From NCBI GenBank assembly GCA_050178385.1, contig JBFXGD010000131.1:1-10160 (forward strand): a DNA stretch of 10,160 nt, in the 5' to 3' direction. This stretch comes from Calditrichaceae bacterium (GTDB lineage Bacteria > Calditrichota > Calditrichia > Calditrichales > JBFXGD01). Each line of letters starts with the position of its first letter. The stretch's first letter is position 1. Below the pieces are notes generated by a model that was not told where the DNA came from, did not search any database, and saw only the letters and a program-made list of their open reading frames with translations. Below are positions 7,016 through 10,160 of the stretch, piece after piece. A program made the position numbers and the translations under genes.

Positions 7016-7772
7016 ATTTTTTGATCCATTTTGTACGCATCTGAGCCAGCTCTCTTTCATCGCCTTCCCGAATCAACCGGTGAATCAGCGTATTTTCATC
7101 CCGTATTTCACTCCTGGAAATCACCCGGTCACCATAAACGCTTTCTGCTCGAAAGCTCACTTCCATGCCGGCAAGATGATGCTCATCCCTGAACTCTGTG
7201 GGAACCGATTCAAGCCCCCATTCAATATAATTAACATTGTTAACATGCTGATTCATATCCAAATCACTCAACCTGACATTAAATAAGGTTTCATGATCTG
7301 TCCGTTCCATTTGAGGCAATTTGTGAAACTCATCCGGTAAGGCTCTGCCTCCGGAATTTTTTCTGATCTCCTTCATAAAATCAGGCATCCGGATTGGTTT
7401 TCGGGCGTCTATATCAAGCAACATCCAGGAACTGGTTCCAATACTGATCAGCTGACCGGCTTCATTGAATAATTTAAAATCACGTATGGCATAAAGGTGG
7501 TCCAAACCCGACGGCCATGTTTCAAGACGCAGCTCCTGCCGCCAGAAAGGATATTTGGTGACTTGTACATGCAGCCTTGACAATACCCAGGTCAATCCTT
7601 TTTTGATCAGAGCATCGACAGACACACCAAGATCTGACGCGTGATTTCCCGCTGTTTCCTGAAAATAATTACAGATTGATTGAATAGTTGCTCTACCGGT
7701 TGGATCCACTTCGTAAGCTCTGACTTTGAATGATTCATGCCAGATCCCGTTTTCTGATAAAGCCATTTTCAT
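7014..7772 (-). CDS. Acyl-ACP thioesterase (FatA/FatB-like double hotdog)
   Basis: 252 aa with FKVRAYEVD, YFQETAGNH, WVLSRL, ETWP, SSWMLLD and the catalytic DLDMNQHVNNVNY motif. Confidence 0.93.
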   Translation of the reverse strand: MKMALSENGIWHESFKVRAYEVDPTGRATIQSICNYFQETAGNHASDLGVSVDALIKKGLTWVLSRLHVQVTKYPFWRQELRLETWPSGLDHLYAIRDFKLFNEAGQLISIGTSSWMLLDIDARKPIRMPDFMKEIRKNSGGRALPDEFHKLPQMERTDHETLFNVRLSDLDMNQHVNNVNYIEWGLESVPTEFRDEHHLAGMEVSFRAESVYGDRVISRSEIRDENTLIHRLIREGDERELAQMRTKWIKK

Positions 7773-7882
7773 TTCCAGTTTTAAAATTTGATCTGATTTT
7801 TTAAAAATACAACACGAATAATTCTTTTAAAAGTTCCGGAATACATACCAACATCAGATATATTATCTGAATCAATTCAAAA

Positions 7883-10159
7883 TTAAAACTCGACCGAAAC
7901 ACCGCCGATCGGTAAGGTTTCGTACTGAAGGACCTTTTCTCTGGTGCCGTCGTCATTGTACTGATAACTCCAGATATTATCCCGCCCGTAAATATTCATG
8001 ATATCAAAGAACACAACCAAATTCCAGGAATTGAAAATAAACCGACGGTCAATCCGCAAATCCAGCCGGTGATATTCCGGGTAACGCACCGGATTAAGAT
8101 TCTGCTGCTCCTCCACTACCCATTCCTGCAGTTCCGGATGATATACCGGCGGTGTATAGGGACGGCCGCCCAGATACCTGAATTTCATACTGATTTCCAA
8201 TTCATCGGCCGGGGCGATGGGCAGCCAGGAGATTCCGTGGAACCACCATTTATGTTTAAGATTGCGGTACCAGTTATCATTCATCCAACGAAACTTATAC
8301 CCGGTAATAAATGTGAATACATTTCTGTAATCGTAATCCCAGTCAAATTTTGTGCCGTACCTTGGATCTTCGGCCTGAGATATGGAGTGCGCATAGCTGA
8401 TGATAGCCGAAAAACTGCGGGTCAGTTTTTTCTGAAAGAAAAATTCAATTCCCTTTGATGCGCCTTTGCCGGCATTGAGATAGGTTCCGTCATCATAATC
8501 ATAAGGATCCGGCGTCGTCAGAGTTCTTTTTACCGCCAGATCGTTGTAGGTTTTGTAATAAGCCTCAATCACAAGCTTCATATCATCCCGGAAAAGATGT
8601 TCAATTCCGATAACATACTGATCTGTGTATTTGCTTTTTAATTTGTTATTATTAATGTTCGCTGCGAGTTCAACATACGCCGGCGACTGAAAATGTTGGC
8701 CATACGCCAGATTGACCGTCGTTTTCTGATTTAGAAAATAAGACAGCCCGGTACGGGGGCTGACCGAAGTAAAATTATTATATTCAAAATAATCATATCG
8801 CAGGCCGCCGGTCCAACGGAATTTTTTCAGAAAATCCACCGATGCCTGTAAATATCCCGCGCCTTTATAGGTATTCTCATTTTGATCAATCAAATATTCC
8901 GGATATGTTCGAAAAATACCAATGGCTGAATCAGAATTTGACACTTCAGGATTATATAAAAACAGAGTATCCGCTTCCGACCAGACATCATAATTAAAAT
9001 TAAGCTGTTTTACAGATGCGCCGAAATCAAACTCTATTTTTTTACTTAATTGATAGACAAAATCTGTTTTGAATGTGTATTCTGTTTCCTTTGAGCGATT
9101 AGTGAAATAAGTGTGTCTTTCCGGTCTGAATTCATACACGTCTACGTCATAGTCATTTTGAACCGCCGACAAAGTGGTGAGGGAATACAGATTCTTCGCC
9201 CAGAATGTACGGAGAGTCAGCCCGGCAATGGTCTGACTGTTATGTGTGTTGACATTTTCCGCGCCTCGACCATATCCTGCTTCTTCCTCATCCTCAATAT
9301 TTATCCGGTCACGTCCGTAAACGGCATTAATAAATAAGGTATTGTCAGGATTCAGGTTTAGCGTCATTTTCCCCTGAAGATTGTAATAATGGGGAACAGC
9401 GGTCAGACCGGTTGATGAGATGATTAAATCCAGGTAACTTTTTCTGGCTGAAAAAATATAACTGCCCACATCAGAAACAGGTCCTTCGATAAGCCCGCCT
9501 ACTCCTGCCATTCCCAGACTGCCTTCAGCCCGAAACCGTTCTGTGGATCCGTTTCGAAGGGAGATATCCATGACGGATGATGCTTTATCACCGTATTTCG
9601 CGGAGAATGCGCCCGCGTAAAAATCCACATTACGCACCATATAACTGTTGAGCATGTTAATCGGCCCGCCACCGGCGCCCTGAATCGCAAAATGATTCGG
9701 ATTTGGGATTTCGATATTATCCATGATAAACAGATTTTCACCCGGATAACCACCCCGGATAATGATCTCATTAAGCTGATCACTGCCCGATACAACGGCT
9801 GGCAGAGCCTGGACCGCCCTCTGAATATCCAGTACATCCCCCGGACTGCGTCTAATTTCCTCGAAATCCATCGAACGGGCGCTGACAACCGCGTTTTTAG
9901 GTTTGTCGAAGTAGCTTGCCGTTACATCGATTGTCTCACTTTCGAGAAGATCTTCATCAAGGGCCAGCTCCAAAACCGTTGTCCGGTTTGGATTGACGAT
10001 TACATTCCCCTTCTTAAGCGTTTTGTATCCGAGATAATACACGTCGATATTGTAGCTCCCGGGTTCCAGACTTAGAATGGAAAAATGACCGTCATTGTCT
10101 GTTGCCGCTCCGCTGCCGATGCTTTCAATAACAACATTCGCGCCGGCCAGTGGTTGCAA
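7883..10159 (-). CDS. TonB-dependent outer membrane receptor with N-terminal carboxypeptidase-regulatory-like domain (5' end outside window)
   Basis: PLAGANV..GAATDNDGHF N-domain; plug motifs IIIRGG..ENLFIMDNIEI and FSAKYGDKASSVMDI; barrel strands GLRYD and PRTGLSY; C-terminal Phe. Frame is open to the window edge and no signal peptide is visible. Confidence 0.92.
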   Translation of the reverse strand: MQPLAGANVVIESIGSGAATDNDGHFSILSLEPGSYNIDVYYLGYKTLKKGNVIVNPNRTTVLELALDEDLLESETIDVTASYFDKPKNAVVSARSMDFEEIRRSPGDVLDIQRAVQALPAVVSGSDQLNEIIIRGGYPGENLFIMDNIEIPNPNHFAIQGAGGGPINMLNSYMVRNVDFYAGAFSAKYGDKASSVMDISLRNGSTERFRAEGSLGMAGVGGLIEGPVSDVGSYIFSARKSYLDLIISSTGLTAVPHYYNLQGKMTLNLNPDNTLFINAVYGRDRINIEDEEEAGYGRGAENVNTHNSQTIAGLTLRTFWAKNLYSLTTLSAVQNDYDVDVYEFRPERHTYFTNRSKETEYTFKTDFVYQLSKKIEFDFGASVKQLNFNYDVWSEADTLFLYNPEVSNSDSAIGIFRTYPEYLIDQNENTYKGAGYLQASVDFLKKFRWTGGLRYDYFEYNNFTSVSPRTGLSYFLNQKTTVNLAYGQHFQSPAYVELAANINNNKLKSKYTDQYVIGIEHLFRDDMKLVIEAYYKTYNDLAVKRTLTTPDPYDYDDGTYLNAGKGASKGIEFFFQKKLTRSFSAIISYAHSISQAEDPRYGTKFDWDYDYRNVFTFITGYKFRWMNDNWYRNLKHKWWFHGISWLPIAPADELEISMKFRYLGGRPYTPPVYHPELQEWVVEEQQNLNPVRYPEYHRLDLRIDRRFIFNSWNLVVFFDIMNIYGRDNIWSYQYNDDGTREKVLQYETLPIGGVSVEF

Positions 10160-10160
10160 C

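Noticed and set aside
5917..7286. 219-aa, 92-aa and 97-aa antisense ORFs
   Set aside because: Shadows of the lyase and thioesterase genes; no recognisable domains.
8069..10075. Alternative-frame and antisense ORFs inside the receptor gene
   Set aside because: Fully overlapped by an intact receptor frame; no sign of frameshift or independent coding.
1..10160. CRISPR array, IS, prophage or defence system
   Set aside because: No spaced direct repeats, transposase, integrase, nuclease or RT motifs seen.

Overview
Ordinary-looking chromosomal window from a diderm bacterium (TonB-dependent receptor present). It holds a DUF697/YcjF-like membrane protein (-); a divergent operon of a hotdog-fold thioesterase and a nitronate-monooxygenase/FabK-like flavoprotein (+); a bidirectional terminator; tRNA-Leu(TAG) (-); a Rieske + glutamate-synthase FMN-domain fusion (-); a small 4-TM hypothetical protein (-); a methionine gamma-lyase-like PLP enzyme (+); an acyl-ACP thioesterase (-); and a 5'-truncated TonB-dependent receptor (-). 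I saw no mobile element, CRISPR array or defence system. The best candidate for novelty is a ~185-nt structured non-coding element (about 4836-5021), whose mismatches mostly become G-U wobbles on the minus strand, upstream of the Rieske-GltB fusion. Secondary items: a GntR/HutC-type operator before the lyase, a YGPT motif where methionine gamma-lyases have YGCT, a Fur/PerR-like box, and a Trp-rich insertion in the receptor barrel. All calls are by eye; no searches were run.
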